Assembly (NCBI RefSeq): GCF_006345805.1
Contig: NW_021835997.1
Span: 1 to 64,000, forward strand
Length of the DNA stretch: 64,000 bases
Reading direction: 5' to 3'
Origin: Octopus sinensis
Lineage: Eukaryota
Position 1 is the stretch's first letter, and the number at the start of each line of letters is the position of its first letter. Below the pieces are notes generated by a model. The model had not been told where the DNA came from, did not search any database, and saw nothing but the letters and a program-made list of their open reading frames with translations. Shown piece after piece: positions 39,449 through 52,659 of this stretch. A program made the position numbers and the translations under genes.

Positions 39449-41689
39449 TCAATTGGAGAATATGATTGTGAGAGAACAGAGTAGTGGATTCGAATTAACA
39501 ATTTCTAGGGCTTCCCGAATGAATTGATCTGGATTTATGTATTCTAAACAGCAGCTGGGTTCATAAAAGTAATCCTTCTTCATAAAGCAAACAATGATAT
39601 TTCTGAGTCGTGCCACATCATCTACTGTAATTCAAATCATAAAACCAGCAGTACATAAAGTCTCGATTAATTTTTTCCAAGAATCAATTAAAATGTCAAG
39701 AGAATGACTGTCCAATTTATTCAAAAACGTATATTCCGCTTGAAATATGTTTAATTAACAGGCAATGTCCTCATAAACTGAATCCTATAACAGCCGTGTT
39801 AATAATCAAATACATTGCGGTCGATTCCACTGGACAATGTTGGCTTGAGGAGAGTAGCACTTTTGGAATAACAGAAATTAATCGCCTAATTTTTTTTCAT
39901 TACTGAGAATAATGAATACATCTTTACTTATCATTCCGAAATTGCATATATTAACAGTAAAATCTACCTAAAATATAATCGGCGATATCCATACCATTTA
40001 TTATATCACATGGGAGACCAATGTCATTGAATATACATCTTTTATTAAGCATATTCCTTGAAATATAAAAACCAATGTCACCAGGAAGACATTCTGAGAT
40101 TTGTAGACACAGCAATAATAACATCTCCAACGCAGTAAACAGAATAAATAGGAAAGGGCAACGACAAAGTAGAAATTAGATTCCCAGACGAAGTGAGGAA
40201 CACCCATATATTATTATCACTCGTAGTAACAGCAGTGATTGTACTGATGCGTAAACCCATAAAACACAAACGAGGAAATTGAGATTGCAGTACACGAATT
40301 GGATATAAAAGACTTCCACAAAACTTGATTTTCTGAATTTAATAGATAGCAAAGACAATATTTCGATCCCTCAGAATAGAAGTGTGAGCCCATTAACATG
40401 ACCTAAATAAACAAATTAAAACTCACCTTTAAACTGTACTTATTTAAAACAGTCGGAACTGCTCTCAAAGAGTATGACATCTTTAAAAATAATATATCAA
40501 TTCTTACAGTTTTTTTTGCAATAAAAACAGACGAAGTAGATTTTTCTGTTTTATCAACAATTTCCTTCGATTTTCCCATCCTGTCTAGCAGTCTTAAAAT
40601 AAATTAACACAACTTGTAGAATTGTTATCGCCAGTAGACAAATCCACGTTTTGTTGATCCATTTCTCCGTCACTGTCAAATGAACCCAAAAACGTAAGAG
40701 GAATTCTTCGAGCCCCGCTTTTTTTCGACCCAGGATTAGATGTATGTGGGACACTCACTTTTTCACAGTTAACATTTTTGATTAAACTAAAAACTAACTA
40801 AATATAATATAAACGGAGGAGGGAGTGCTTCTACAGGAATCGGCTTGGGAAGCACCGAGCCAAGTTATTGTTCGTCAAATGAAAAAATAGCAACCGACCC
40901 GTCAATTGAAGCACAGACAACTCGATATCCTGAAGGACACCTGAATTATAGATTAAAATAACAAACCAGGCAATATCTGACACAGAGTCAGAAAATATAT
41001 CGTGTATCACAAATAGTGGTCGCTTTAGACCGGTTTGCTATAATTTAAAACAATTCAATCAAACCCACACAGAAATTGACATATCTCGACTTCCTATCAC
41101 AAAATAAGTGACTATTTCGTTGCTAGTATCACGAAACATAAAAGGACTAGGACTCTAAAATAAAATAAACTAGAAACATACAACAACTTTCGATGCCCAA
41201 CAAGATCAGATGTCCCCATTTGCCCAACTCAAGTCGGCACATCTTAAATATAATATACTCATCAAACCTCCTCGATGGCCTGCTAAAATACGACACATTC
41301 TCCAAGACTCGGGCGATTTGGATTTCTTTCATATTTTCAGGTGATGTTGATCGTCTCCAGAAGCCAGAAATTGGACGGAATGAGACCATCTAAGACAGTT
41401 TACACATTCTAGAATATTATATTCAGTCACTTGTGATATTATCGAGTTGACAAATTAAACTTTGGTCATTTTCATTGGTAAAAAATGAACTAATGAGCCA
41501 CAATTTTATTCTTCCTGACATCTCTCCTGATTTGGGATGATTATTGGAATATTACCTTGTCCTCCAGTTGCCAGTATCAATTTATCTGGGTTTATATCCG
41601 CACAGTAAATCGGGAAATCTAAAAGTTGAAACTAATGGAAAACTTGATTTTAAATCCATCTTAACACATACAGGCTTTATAAGTTGCAT
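39449..41689 (-). pseudogene. HIRA: Histone H3.3 chaperone HIRA, damaged copy
   Basis: MQLIKPVCV...PIYCADINP...ATGGQG, CVNCLRWS...LASGDD, GHR, DLVGHRK, GSRDMSISVW|QTGLKRPLFVIHDIF, ASIDGSVA, B-motif-like GARRIPL and a C-terminal Hira-like region. In-frame TGA at a conserved Trp and TAA; ~110 aa of the WD40 region missing. Confidence 0.85.
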
Positions 41690-42274
41690 TGATTGATCAA
41701 TACTTGTTCTAAAAAGTTATTTGAATAAATTTTATGTATAAATTATATGTAAAAAATCTTTTCTAATATTTTCAACTAACAATAAATGAGTTACAACAAA
41801 AGATCTAATATTTACACAAGTTTAATTCATTTATTTGCTGTAATAAGAATCTTCATAATTTTTTTTAACTTAAAATAAATTTTTAGAATTTTTAATTAAA
41901 AAATAACTTATGTCACAAAGTACCGGTGCCAAAAAATCTCCCTTACCAAGACGTCACTCAACTGCATTCTGACACTGTCCTCGTCAACTAAATTCTCTAA
42001 GATATTTAGAAATCTCTCTTTGTGTATAAAGCAAAAGGCCTTTGACATATCCATCCCATTAATGGAGTAGCTCCCCTGTACTTTCTATGTATTGCACAAA
42101 CCCATCGATGTTCACAGATCAAATTAGGTGTAGATTTTTGACCGCGAGAGAGAAAGTTCTTAATGTCAGATTTAATCCTATTCAACACTATAATTGATAA
42201 TGTGGTGCGGAGAGTCGTCAATAGTACGATGGGTCTTACATTTGTTAAGGGTCTTTAGCTTTGCGCGGTTTTTC

Positions 42275-45200
42275 AAGGGAGGAGAGATGAGAATTAGAGG
42301 GGGTGAATCATCCACGGGAGGCACTTTCTCTATCAACTGAGACACCTCCGTAGCCACATCCGTCAATCCATGACATGCAGCAGTTACATATGCAATTGTA
42401 TCTAAGGAATGAAGACAACTCTGATTGCTCTGTAATAACAAATTGATCCTCTCTTCCACATTCCCTTTCAGCAGGGATATCTGTGCATGCATATTCCTAT
42501 CTCCTTTGTGTTCGACTGGTCGCATAATCCTATCAAATGAACCTTGTTTTAACAGTTCTCCCAGCTTTTCGAGATTTCCAGTGACAACATACAACATGGA
42601 CAGTTTGTTCTAGTTCTTGACTGCCTGATATGCTCTTTCCGCGATCTGAATGTTTCCCTGCATCATAGCGGCGGCGGACAATTTATCCCAATAACAATTC
42701 TGGATCAGATTCAGCGCAGCATTATGAGCAGTCTGGAAAATATAAACACAGAAAACCTCAAGATCCCCACATTGCACTGCCAGTCTAAACTTTGTAGAGT
42801 CATCTTTCACAGAATGTAGTGCCAACTAAGGATATCCCTTCCTCTCGAGGTACAACACAATCGACTTGCCGATGAGTTTGGATTTGCGAATAATGTTCAG
42901 AACTTTATCAAACTCTCTCCCGACGATGACCAACTTGAATCAGAATTGTCGATTTGGAGTTTCTTCAGGCTTCCCTGTCGATCCAGAACATACAGCAGTG
43001 CCCCCTCCACTCTAATCAAGTAGAGTGGGAGATCGATAGTCCGGATTATCCAACAATCACTATTTCTATCACCTACTCAACCCAACCATTCACCAGACAA
43101 TAGTTTATGTGGTGTGTCGTGGAGTACACAAACACATTATTCTCGTCCCAGGCACCACTCTTCACTGAAAAACTCTCCTTATTTCGACACAAAATTTCCA
43201 TATTATTGTCACAAATATAAAAAACTACAAATCCAAAATTAAAAAACCTTTATCCGCTAGAATGGCCAAATATGAATGATTTTTTGACCAAACAACTCTC
43301 TTAACAAAAGGCACGCAAAGGGAGCAAACGACTCTGACATAAATTATCCATTTAATGTTACTTTTTCAGCTGCATGTCATACAACAAGACTTTATCATCA
43401 CAATAGTACAGGAATTGTCCACATATGGCTTGATAAATTGTCTTACATCCACTGATCTGGATTTTCTGAAATCTGCGGAATTATAATAAACAAAATACGG
43501 ATTGATTGGAATCCAAAACTATAAAACGATTTCTGCTCAGCCAAAACCCTTCACAGCCTCCGCAAGGCATATTGTCTATTTATTTATTAAATCTCCAAGA
43601 CCACGCTAAAAACCGAAATCGGCCTGAAAGATGCCGGGTCCCCTCTTGGTCTTCCAGGCTTCAGTATCGGCCTTATTAGGGCCTGTTTCCATATTGACGG
43701 AATCACGTCGTTGTTGATTGAATAGTTGAAAATGGATGTTAGGAACCTGACTCCTTCGACACCAAGGTTTTTTAAAAGAATGACGGGGATTTTGTCCATG
43801 CCGTGAGAATACGAAGATTTTGTAAAGTGCAAGGTATCTTCCACCTCCTTTAACGAGAGGAGGAGAGGTTCAGTCCGTTTTTTAGGCTTCTCTTGGAGGG
43901 AGTGAGTCGGATTTCTTGTGCTCTTTGTGTGCATTTTTCGCATAGAAATTCATGAGGTTGTTCACGTCTTTTTTATCGAAATCTTCAAAAGGTTCGGAAG
44001 CGTCCCCCCCGGCCACGTGCCGAATGGTTTTCCACACTTCACCCGTTGAACGATTACAGTTCACGGTAGAAAGAATGCGATTCCATTTCAAATTGGTTTG
44101 CCCTGATCACTGGTCTTCAATTCCTTGTTTAAATATCGGATGCGGGTAATTATGTCAGAAGACATTCGGTTTGACTTTTTGAGGCGATTTCTCTCCTTGG
44201 CCAGACCGGATATCCTTCGACTACAAGCAGCGTGAGGTGACGTTTAGGAATAGCCCTTGCTCTTGCTTCCAGAATGATCTTCGAGAAGAAGCCAGAGCTA
44301 AAGTTGTACAGATTGCAATTTTTTAGTCTCTTGTTCAATATCTCTTGGAACCATGGCCAGTTGACCGCTTTGTAATAGTATGGAATGGGAATTTTCCTGA
44401 TGACAACTTCTCTTTTGATCTTCACCGTTATCGAATTGTGATCGCTTCTCGTTTCATAGAAGACTGACTCCACTCCGTAGATGATGCGAGAGAAGGAGAG
44501 CATAAAGTTACATCAGGTGACGTAGGTTTGTCGGTCCCTATAAATAATAAATATCGAATTTTAGTTAGTCATTTAACATTTTTGTTAATGTATTGGGTAG
44601 AATAAATATTCCACCTTTTTTGTTCCTGTTGTATTCCAAACTGACAACTTCGTAAGATGAAGCCTCGGAGATCTCACTCCGCATCTGTAAACATTAAAGT
44701 AGTAAACAGACATAGAATATTAGAATCAACTGTTCCGACGGATTGAATGATAACGACGTGACTACACCACGTTTACTAAATTGGAAATATTGGCAGAACA
44801 GGACTACATTGCCATCAAAGACTCCTCTTCCGACCTCTCAAAATTGTACACCATGACATTAATTTTCATCAACCAAAACAGGGAATGGTCACTCAATGTC
44901 GATAAGGACGTTCTTTCCCGATTTTAAACACCATAAAGCCCGAGTCGTGACCTGCAAATAATAAAGTAAAACAATAAAACGACCTCCTGCGAACAGATTG
45001 ATAGCATTGTGACAAGTCAAACTCCAAAAACGACTATCGTATTTAAACCGGGTCTCACAACGCCTAAAATAGTCACAAACACAAAACTTTGAGTTTAAAT
45101 TCCAAATACGAATACTCCCATCTTCCGAATTACTAAGCAAGTACTCTTCTCTAGGGTGGAAGAGGACACGTTGGATGTGTGTCCCTCAACGTTCCATTCT

Positions 45201-45669
45201 CAATCAAGTCCCCATCTGCGTTTACTCAACAGAAACCCCACCCTTCGTTATCCGCATCAGTTTGACATCATCCCCACACGAGGCAATTGCACCCGAAACG
45301 GGATGAATGGCTACCCAGTTGACTCCGCGGTCGTGTTTTTCCAACGTTGCGGAACAAATAATTGGGGAATCACCAAAAAGTTCAGGAAAGCTATTCTCTC
45401 GTAATATTTCGTTGGCCATGTTTCCAGGAGTCGTCAAATTTTTAGAATGAAGACCTTACTGATTAAAAACCGCAAAAAGACTTGATATATTCCAAACCTT
45501 CAAAGTCGAATCGAGGCTTCCAGAGATGACATAATTCAAGAATAGATGGAACTGAGCACACATTGCGTAGTGCATGTGACCAGTCAGAATCCTGTTGGGG
45601 TCACACACAGAAAATAGACCCAAGACATGACCGAGACTGCCAATTCCATACTCTGATTGTCATGTCGTC
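42275..45669 (-). pseudogene. COPA: Coatomer alpha (COPA), truncated at both ends
   Basis: [95 protein letters not shown] and LYVVTGNLEKL. First ~110 aa and the C-terminal third are absent; small internal deletions. Confidence 0.9.
43590..44520 (-). mobile_element. I/Jockey-like LINE internal fragment (end of APE to start of RT) inside a COPA intron
   Basis: RSDHNSI, YKAVNWPWF and SHGMDKIPVILLKNL...IPSIWKQALIRPILKPG...SFRPIS; lies within GT-AG intron 43576-44614. Confidence 0.85.
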
Positions 45670-46057
45670 AAATGTGTTAACAGTAGACCTCCGAATTGGC
45701 TTTTTGTGGGCCTTGAGGAGTTCCAGCAACTCGAAGCATATCCTCATCCACTCCCGGGGAGACACAAACTCGGCTCCCCGGTCGGCTATTCGCCGAATCA
45801 GGTCAATGCAGTTTTCTTGCACTTTCTCATTTCTAAAGTAATAGAAGGGGGATATTCCTATTGCGGAGAATGGGGGTGAGACGGGGCAATATGTCCTTGA
45901 TTGGGGGGTTGATTTTAGCCATCCCAATCACATTGACGATGCTTTTTAGACCTGCCAATATACTCCCCAACACTTCCGGGTACTCTTCTCCCAAATACTC
46001 GTACAACACAACCAACAAATGATTCATCAGCTTATCCACCTGACATATTTTCAGCAC
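45669..46057 (-). pseudogene. SF3B1: Internal ~120-codon fragment of splicing factor SF3B1
   Basis: [30 protein letters not shown]...[16 protein letters not shown]|[53 protein letters not shown], near-identical to the SF3B1 HEAT region; retains a 25-nt intron. Confidence 0.93.
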
Positions 46058-46747
46058 GGTTCAACCAAGTGGATGGGGGCAGTCAAGTCCTCCTGGCGAC
46101 GGATGCGGTGGGGATGGGCCTCAATTTGTATTCCTCATGTTTGATTGCCAGAAATATACGGAGAATTATATTCATGACTGCCGGCAAGTTCGATAATCAA
46201 CTGCTTTCTATTTCCGACGCGAGGCAGATTTCGGGACGGGCAGGAAGGTTTAGTTCAGAGTTCGAAGGCGGACTTGTCTGTGCTACCAACAATTCCTCAT
46301 TAAAGTCGGTGAGGTCACTTCTCAGGAAGCCTCTCCCTCCCACAAACCAGGAAATGATGGCAATCACCTCCGAGATTGTCGAGTCTCTGACATATTACCT
46401 CCCTTCTGCTGATTTGTTGGAAATTATGGTTATTTCCCTTTTAAATATACACAGAGAGTGTTCGAGGGCTATGTAAGCTTGGACACCAAGTTGTATTGTG
46501 TTTCTCCCTCAAATAACCCCGTGAGACGACTGGCACAACTCATCGAGGATATTCCGTTAGATCCCCGTGTGGCTTACAGACTGTGTTGTGCGCCTGTGCC
46601 GGGATCTGACTATTGCTACTCTTTTTTCCGTGAAATAGCCTTGGTGGTGTCTCGAAGGGAGGTCATGTCTTATTACGTTTTGAGTCCTCTGCTTAAATAT
46701 CCGCCTCCAAAGTTACTACCATTGAGTCGTATCTCTGATTTGGAGAA
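46051..46747 (+). pseudogene. SUPV3L1: Internal fragment of mitochondrial RNA helicase SUV3
   Basis: VLLATDAVGMGLNL|NIRRIIF...QISGRAGRF...G.V; continues to CCAPV and LE, then fuses to LINE APE. Confidence 0.85.
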
Positions 46748-47275
46748 CAAATCGACAATTACAATTATAAATGTATATGCACCTACTTCTCCAAGAGCCT
46801 CTAAAAACCCGACGGAACTGGATGACTTTTATAGTTCACTCTCTACGACCCTTATGGAAATATCCACGAGCTATCTACTCTACATAAGCGGAGACTGGAA
46901 CGCTAAGATCGGAAAAGGGACCAAAGAACTGAGTTTCATGGGTACCCATGGGCAGAGGTTGGAGGAACATGTCTGGAGCAACTATGGTCAACTTCGCGAA
47001 CAATAAAAAATTATTCATTTGCAACACAGCATTCCAACACGCTGCACGACCTGGATCGGAGAGCGCAGAAACTCAGACGGACACTCAATCAAAATATATA
47101 ACCAAATTGACTACATACTGTGCCGACAATCACAGAAAGCTTTACTCTGTGACGCCAGAACATATGGAGGAACGCTAACATCGAGTGACCATAAACTATT
47201 GGTAATCAAACTTCTCCTATAGAGAAGATTTTGGATTAACAGAGTCAAAAACAGACACAGAGAAGCCAGAAAGAT
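46748..47275 (+). mobile_element. RTE-type LINE APE fragment (copy 1)
   Basis: IINVYAPTS...DDFYSSL...GDWNAKIG...NTAFQH...NQIDYIL...SDHKLL; ~47045-47272 nearly identical to ~56110-56335. Confidence 0.9.
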
Positions 47276-47808
47276 TAAGACACAGTTGAAATGATCCTAC
47301 TTTGTCTGATATTTGGAGTATTTCTCTCCTTAATGAACCACGTCTCATAGCTTGTCAAGTTTTGTAGGAATAAACTATTAAATCACTTCCGCCTGTATAA
47401 AACTCATTTCTAAATAATTTTCCGAAAGACAAAAATACTCAAACACTCGTCCCATTTAAGAAGTTGTACGTGGTCTTCCTATAGTCTTGTAAGAAACCAA
47501 TTCTCTATCTATTATACAAGGTTTTTATTTTTCTTTATTTGTCATTGTAGTCTATGAATACGTTTATGTTATTATTCAATTCTACTATTCCCACGAGTAG
47601 AAATAGTCTATGAATACGTTTATATTCTATCGACATGTCCACAAAATCTTAGAGAGGATGTTGAAAAAATGGCATAAGCGGAATGCACAAGTTGCGGGGA
47701 AAGCGATATGTGTTAATAATAAATAAGTAAATAAGCCCACAAAATAAATCAAAGGATAACAGTATTAGTAAAACTAACCCATTAAACCAAGAAGAGAGTC
47801 AATATGTT

Positions 47809-48615
47809 TTATTTCCATGCAGTATACCGCAAGTACTGTTTCTCGGATGGCAGAACTATTGTTCTAATAGCAGTAAAGCGGTTTATGGCTTCTTCATCAC
47901 TCAGAGAAGGAATAATAATACAATCGTCACCTTGCTACAAATATACTAAAGTAATTGTCAACCTTCCAATTAACTGGGGTGGCTAAGGCATGAACATCAG
48001 TCATAATGACAGAATCAATCACTCGTAAGAGCTCACTAAAATATTAAAACTACATAAACCTAACATTCCTTCCAGTAGTAGCCGGATAGAGAATACTAAG
48101 TCTCATGTTCATATTTTTATCAATCAAATAAACCTACAGATTAGTAAAACCAAGTAAAAAAAATTTAATATACCGCACGTGCCGGGAGAGTATTATTATC
48201 TGGGCCAATTTCTCGAGGGTCCAGCATCCCCAACTGGGTGGCAATTTTTCTTTTGGAATCGTCTATTATAGGAAATGGCAAACTCTCTGTTGTTATATTT
48301 CCATGTAGAAGAATGTCCTAATTATTTGCAGTGGAATTTGAATGTACTTTAATCCATTCTCGGTGGCTCTCCACGGTATCACAGGACAGGCCAATTAGTT
48401 TGACATTTCTTTGTTTAAATTCAATTGACCTTTTTGCTAGTTCAGCCAATTCGGTCGTACAGACCGGAGTAAAATCTCGTGGATGTGAGAAAAATAAACA
48501 CCAACTATATTTATGTATAAAAGTATTACCTTGATCCAATAAAACTGTAAAGATCAAAATCACCCATTGTGGTCTGCAGTTGAAAATTTGGGAACTTGTC
48601 GGACAGACGTAGCAT
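47809..48615 (-). CDS. PRDX6: 1-Cys peroxiredoxin (peroxiredoxin-6), complete, 5 short introns
   Basis: [11 protein letters not shown]...S|[19 protein letters not shown]...EWIK|DI...LPFPIIDD...LGMLDP...ARA|VYLID...[12 protein letters not shown]|...ATPVNWK|QGDDC...YLRYTAWK*. Confidence 0.93.
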
Positions 48616-49329
48616 TAATAAATTTAACTATTTGTTCTAAATAAAAATTGTCACATTTTAAATATAAAAAAATTATTTCGAATATTTAACAATTTAAAAA
48701 AATGCTTCAGTTTATAAAAGTATTGAGCCTTTGGACTAAACAATGGGCAGTATTCCACATTTTCCCTTTTTCCCATATAAATTATAAAGCAATGATATAT
48801 CAAAAAATAAGGTTTACACGATTCCTTCTGAGAAGGAGAAGGAAATGTTAAAATTGAGGGTGTTATTCAAAAAATTATAATTATTATAAAATCAAATAAA
48901 TCCTCTGCTGCTAATTAAATACTAAATGATTAGTTTAAGCAATTTGTTAATTATAGGAGTATTAAATGTTTGAGACTATCAAATAAATTAATATTTTATA
49001 ACGTGGTTTTTTTTTGGTTGTATAACATCTTTCATACCAATGATAGTTTACAGTAATGATGGCATACGTTTCAATTGAGTTTATTAAGTTACTGATTAAT
49101 ATCAGTTAGTTATCGACATAAAACTACATTTTTAACCTATGATGACTAACGATGGTCTACTTATGATAATGATGACCTGTAATATGACTGAGGCTATATT
49201 GAGTTAGAGCACTTTTTAAGTAATTTAAACAATCTGTTTATGTTTCCAATGGTATTATATTTACTTAAGCAATTATTGCCTGTAAATACCGACTTTCCCG
49301 GACTATTTTTCTCAAATTCAGAAAAGTTA

Positions 49330-50700
49330 CATTTTGGTCAACATTTTACTACACGTTTGCAAAGCCGAACTAAAATCACCCAACTCGGACTCGATGCAAC
49401 TCTTGATCAGGAAAAAGCTTAAATAAACGTCAAATTGAGTTCTACTTTGATGAGGACGGATATTGCATTAAAGAACTCTCCACACATTTGATGGCTGCTC
49501 CATAGTCTTTAGAAGCATTAAAAAGCAACACCAAAAGAGTCAAAGTAGTCTCTTTATGCCAATTAAGTCTGATAGCTAATTTGCAATAATGAAGAGCTCT
49601 ATCAATAGGGCGTAGTAAAGTGACAAGTGAAATGCAGGAAGATAGTCACGTGGGTCAGCTTCATGAGACCTAGAGGAAATCAGAATACCGGATTTGTACC
49701 TGTTCAAAAAATCTAATGCAGCGGATAGGTGAGTAGAAGATTGAGAAAAAATTTCCTGTCTTCTGGCAATCAGAACGTGATAGAGACCACAATAAAGTAA
49801 GGCACGAGAATGAAAAGGAGAAGAACCGTCACACAGATCTAATAGTTGTTTAGTATAATCCTCAAGTTTTTGGTCAATCGGCTATATTTATGTATTGAAA
49901 TTATTTACCAATGGACAATGTGGGTCAAAATGTATACAAATAATGTGTATAAGAATATCGATGTCTCCGGGGACAAGAGAATTACAAACTTTAAGAAAAT
50001 GATAACATTGTTTGTACTAATCAATAAAAAATAAATGTTTACTTTTTTTCTTGGGCCAGTGTAAATGCAAATTGCCGTAAGGGATAAAAATCCCCGAGAC
50101 AGTATTTAAGAATGTCCCACAATGCCTGAAATAAACTGAGAACAAATAACTGAATTGAGTCTACAGGGAGACGATGACTGCCCGAACAGTAGACAATAAT
50201 AATTCACCAATTTGACAGTTTTGGGGGATATTTCAATCTGGGAATCGGCAAGCTGTAAATTTAGACAAAAATATGTTCACCAGTAATGGTTTCATTAATT
50301 TTTGATAGACGCTTATCAAATAGCAAAGTTCCTCTTCCCGATTTAAATCAAGGAGACTAAAAACCTGTAATAAAATCATAAATACGTGGATTGGGATAGA
50401 CTTTGTCCCCCAACTCAGAAATAGACTCGGAAACTGATTCGTAGTTATCAAATGTGGTCTCATGAAATAAAAAATCAATGTATCGTTCAATTATACTCTG
50501 TTATGTTAATTCATCCAACTTTACCTTGTAAAAATTGGTCGATTTCTCAATGTTGTCAACAACTAGCAAATCTCTGAAAGCTCTTATGGCTTGTTTGGAA
50601 CAGAGGGACTTGGAAGCGGTTAACAAAACGCATCCAGGAGAGGGTGGCACAAGCGAGATAACTTTACTAACGTTATTTTGCGGTGTGCTTATTAATAATA
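49330..50700 (-). pseudogene. TTC7: TTC7/YPP1-like TPR protein internal fragment
   Basis: DPRDYLPAFHLSLYYA...ALHYCKLAIRLN...LLVLLFNASKDYGAAI...QYP...LIKSCIE...ALQTCSKML follows the TTC7 pattern; IRAFRDLL upstream; a deletion/frameshift is present. Confidence 0.55.
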
Positions 50701-50902
50701 AGGAAGCAAACAACAATCAATTCTTAAAATTAGTGTAAACGCACTTTGCACGTTGTTGTGGTGCACTTTTTCTGTTTATTTGCAATTCAATTATCTGTTG
50801 TTTCTATCTAATATTTCTGATCTATCTAATCTTTTCCTATCCATCTAATCTTTCTCTGTCTATTTCTTTCTATCCATTATTCGTTCTGTTCTCATTCTTC
50901 AT

Positions 50903-51184
50903 ATGGTGGTCTCTCATCCCACTCTTAATCCCGTTTCTTCCTGCTCAATCTGCAACATGGTTAACAAAAGAAAGAACGGCCGTCCCTACTCATCGGGTTC
51001 TCTGTTCTTTCATCTTTCTTGTGTCTCCCTTTCCCGCCGCACTTTGGAACGTATTCCATCTTGGGTCTGTCCCGCCTGTCTTTCCGGCACCCCATCATTT
51101 TCATTCCCCATCAGCCACTGCCACTCTCGGCTCATCAAACAAACGTCGGCCACTTTGATGTCCCGGATCTTCCTGAGCAAATGA
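50903..51184 (+). mobile_element. Degenerate PHD-finger ORF, probably LINE ORF1/N-terminal remnant
   Basis: CSIC...FFHLSCVSL...WVCPAC (middle Cys pair lost), preceded by a CT-rich tract; LINE origin is inference. Confidence 0.5.
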
Positions 51185-51289
51185 TTAAAACAGAGAGATA
51201 ACAAGGAAAGGACAGCAATTATTAATTTCCGTGACTTTCGTTGAACGGAAGTCTACAAAATAATCAGACAATATTGGAATGTATTAGAC

Positions 51290-52030
51290 GTTGTTGACAA
51301 TCAAACGAGTCTGCCAACCCAACACTCCCAACATTGCTCAGGAAAGGAAGGACATGTTCTACCACTCAGTGAATACATTTCGACAACCAGAAATGTCGAT
51401 TTGTGTGGTTTCGATTGTTTTTTGGTGGCTGCGAAGAGAGCACTTCAAACTGCTGATTAAATTAAGCGAATCGGCGTGTTGGACAGTCAGACCCTCCAAA
51501 CGAAAGTCGAGTTGTGCATTTTCACAGCTTGTAGGTCAAGTCGAGACCGTTCTTTGTGGTCCTCGACTGAATAAATGTGAACAGGAATGTCTACTGGATG
51601 TGTGGACGTCCTCTATGACAGTCTCAGCACGCAAAGTCAGGCAGTCAAAACGACCAGCCAACTCCCGGGCTTTGTTGACTCTGGGAATTATCACTCGACC
51701 CGACCTATCCTCCATTCTTTCAAATTGCTCAGTGTTTATTACATTTTTGTTTCTAAGGATTTATTTCTGGCCTGGGAAGATGCTTCAAGTGAGAATAACC
51801 TTGTAGTCTCTCTTTCAATTGCTCGTTTTGCTTGACGTAGCAGTTTATTTCCATGTCCTATGGCTGATTAAAGTCGATTCGAACTTTGTTGTTCAATTCT
51901 AGCAAGGTCTGTTGTCTTTCTTTAGTCAACTTTTCTCCATCCTTTAACAACTTTTCACAAATCTGCTTTATTTTATTGCAGTTCAAATTTTCTTGGAGCA
52001 TCAAAAGAAACACAGCAAAATATTTTGACG
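51290..52030 (-). other. Unidentified coiled-coil gene fragment with short introns and stops
   Basis: KLTKERQQTLLELNNK|DMEINCYVKQNEQLKERLQ across a 27-nt GT-AG intron. Confidence 0.3.
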
Positions 52031-52659
52031 GTTACAAGGCGGCAAAAATCAAACACTTTCTGACATTTTATTGTTTAAAATAAACATATATTTAACAAAA
52101 CTAAAAAACATATAAATTAATTAAAAAAGTTTAATTTCGAAAAATAAGGGAGTTGATTACAACTGTAGACTGGGAATGTTAGTAAGCAAATTAAACCAGA
52201 ACTGGGGAATGGTGAACATATTTTCCCATTTCCGTGACAGTGGTGGAGTGCATAGGCAGTGCACAGTCCCTCCACCTAAATGAGTAGTTTCCCCCTCAAT
52301 TTGAATTTCCATCAATTTATCAATTGGACTGACATAAATTGTCCCCGTGGGCACTGAGGAGACTGTCCAGGAAAAGAGATAAAAGTTGGTCAAGTCAGAG
52401 GGAAGTACATATTTGTTGAGTGAGTAAGGACAGTATCACATTCCACTCCTCGATTTGAGTAATGGACACTCCATACCCCCCAGATTTATCATCGACTGTC
52501 ACGAAGGGGAGTCTGTCTGAGAAAAGTCACGGAAAATGTATTCAGATGGGTCATTAAAGTGCCTACACCTCCTTGGTCATTAAAGTGCCTGCAATGACTT
52601 GTGTAAATACACCACATTCTTCAAAGTACTCATTTTTATTGATTTAGAACATTCTGGAA

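Noticed and set aside
52157-52393. HLGGGTVHC...KWENM resembling the protein-arginine deiminase/amidinotransferase C-terminus
   Set aside because: Short motif only; upstream sequence does not match the fold's other catalytic motifs; the true frame is uncertain. A profile search would settle it.
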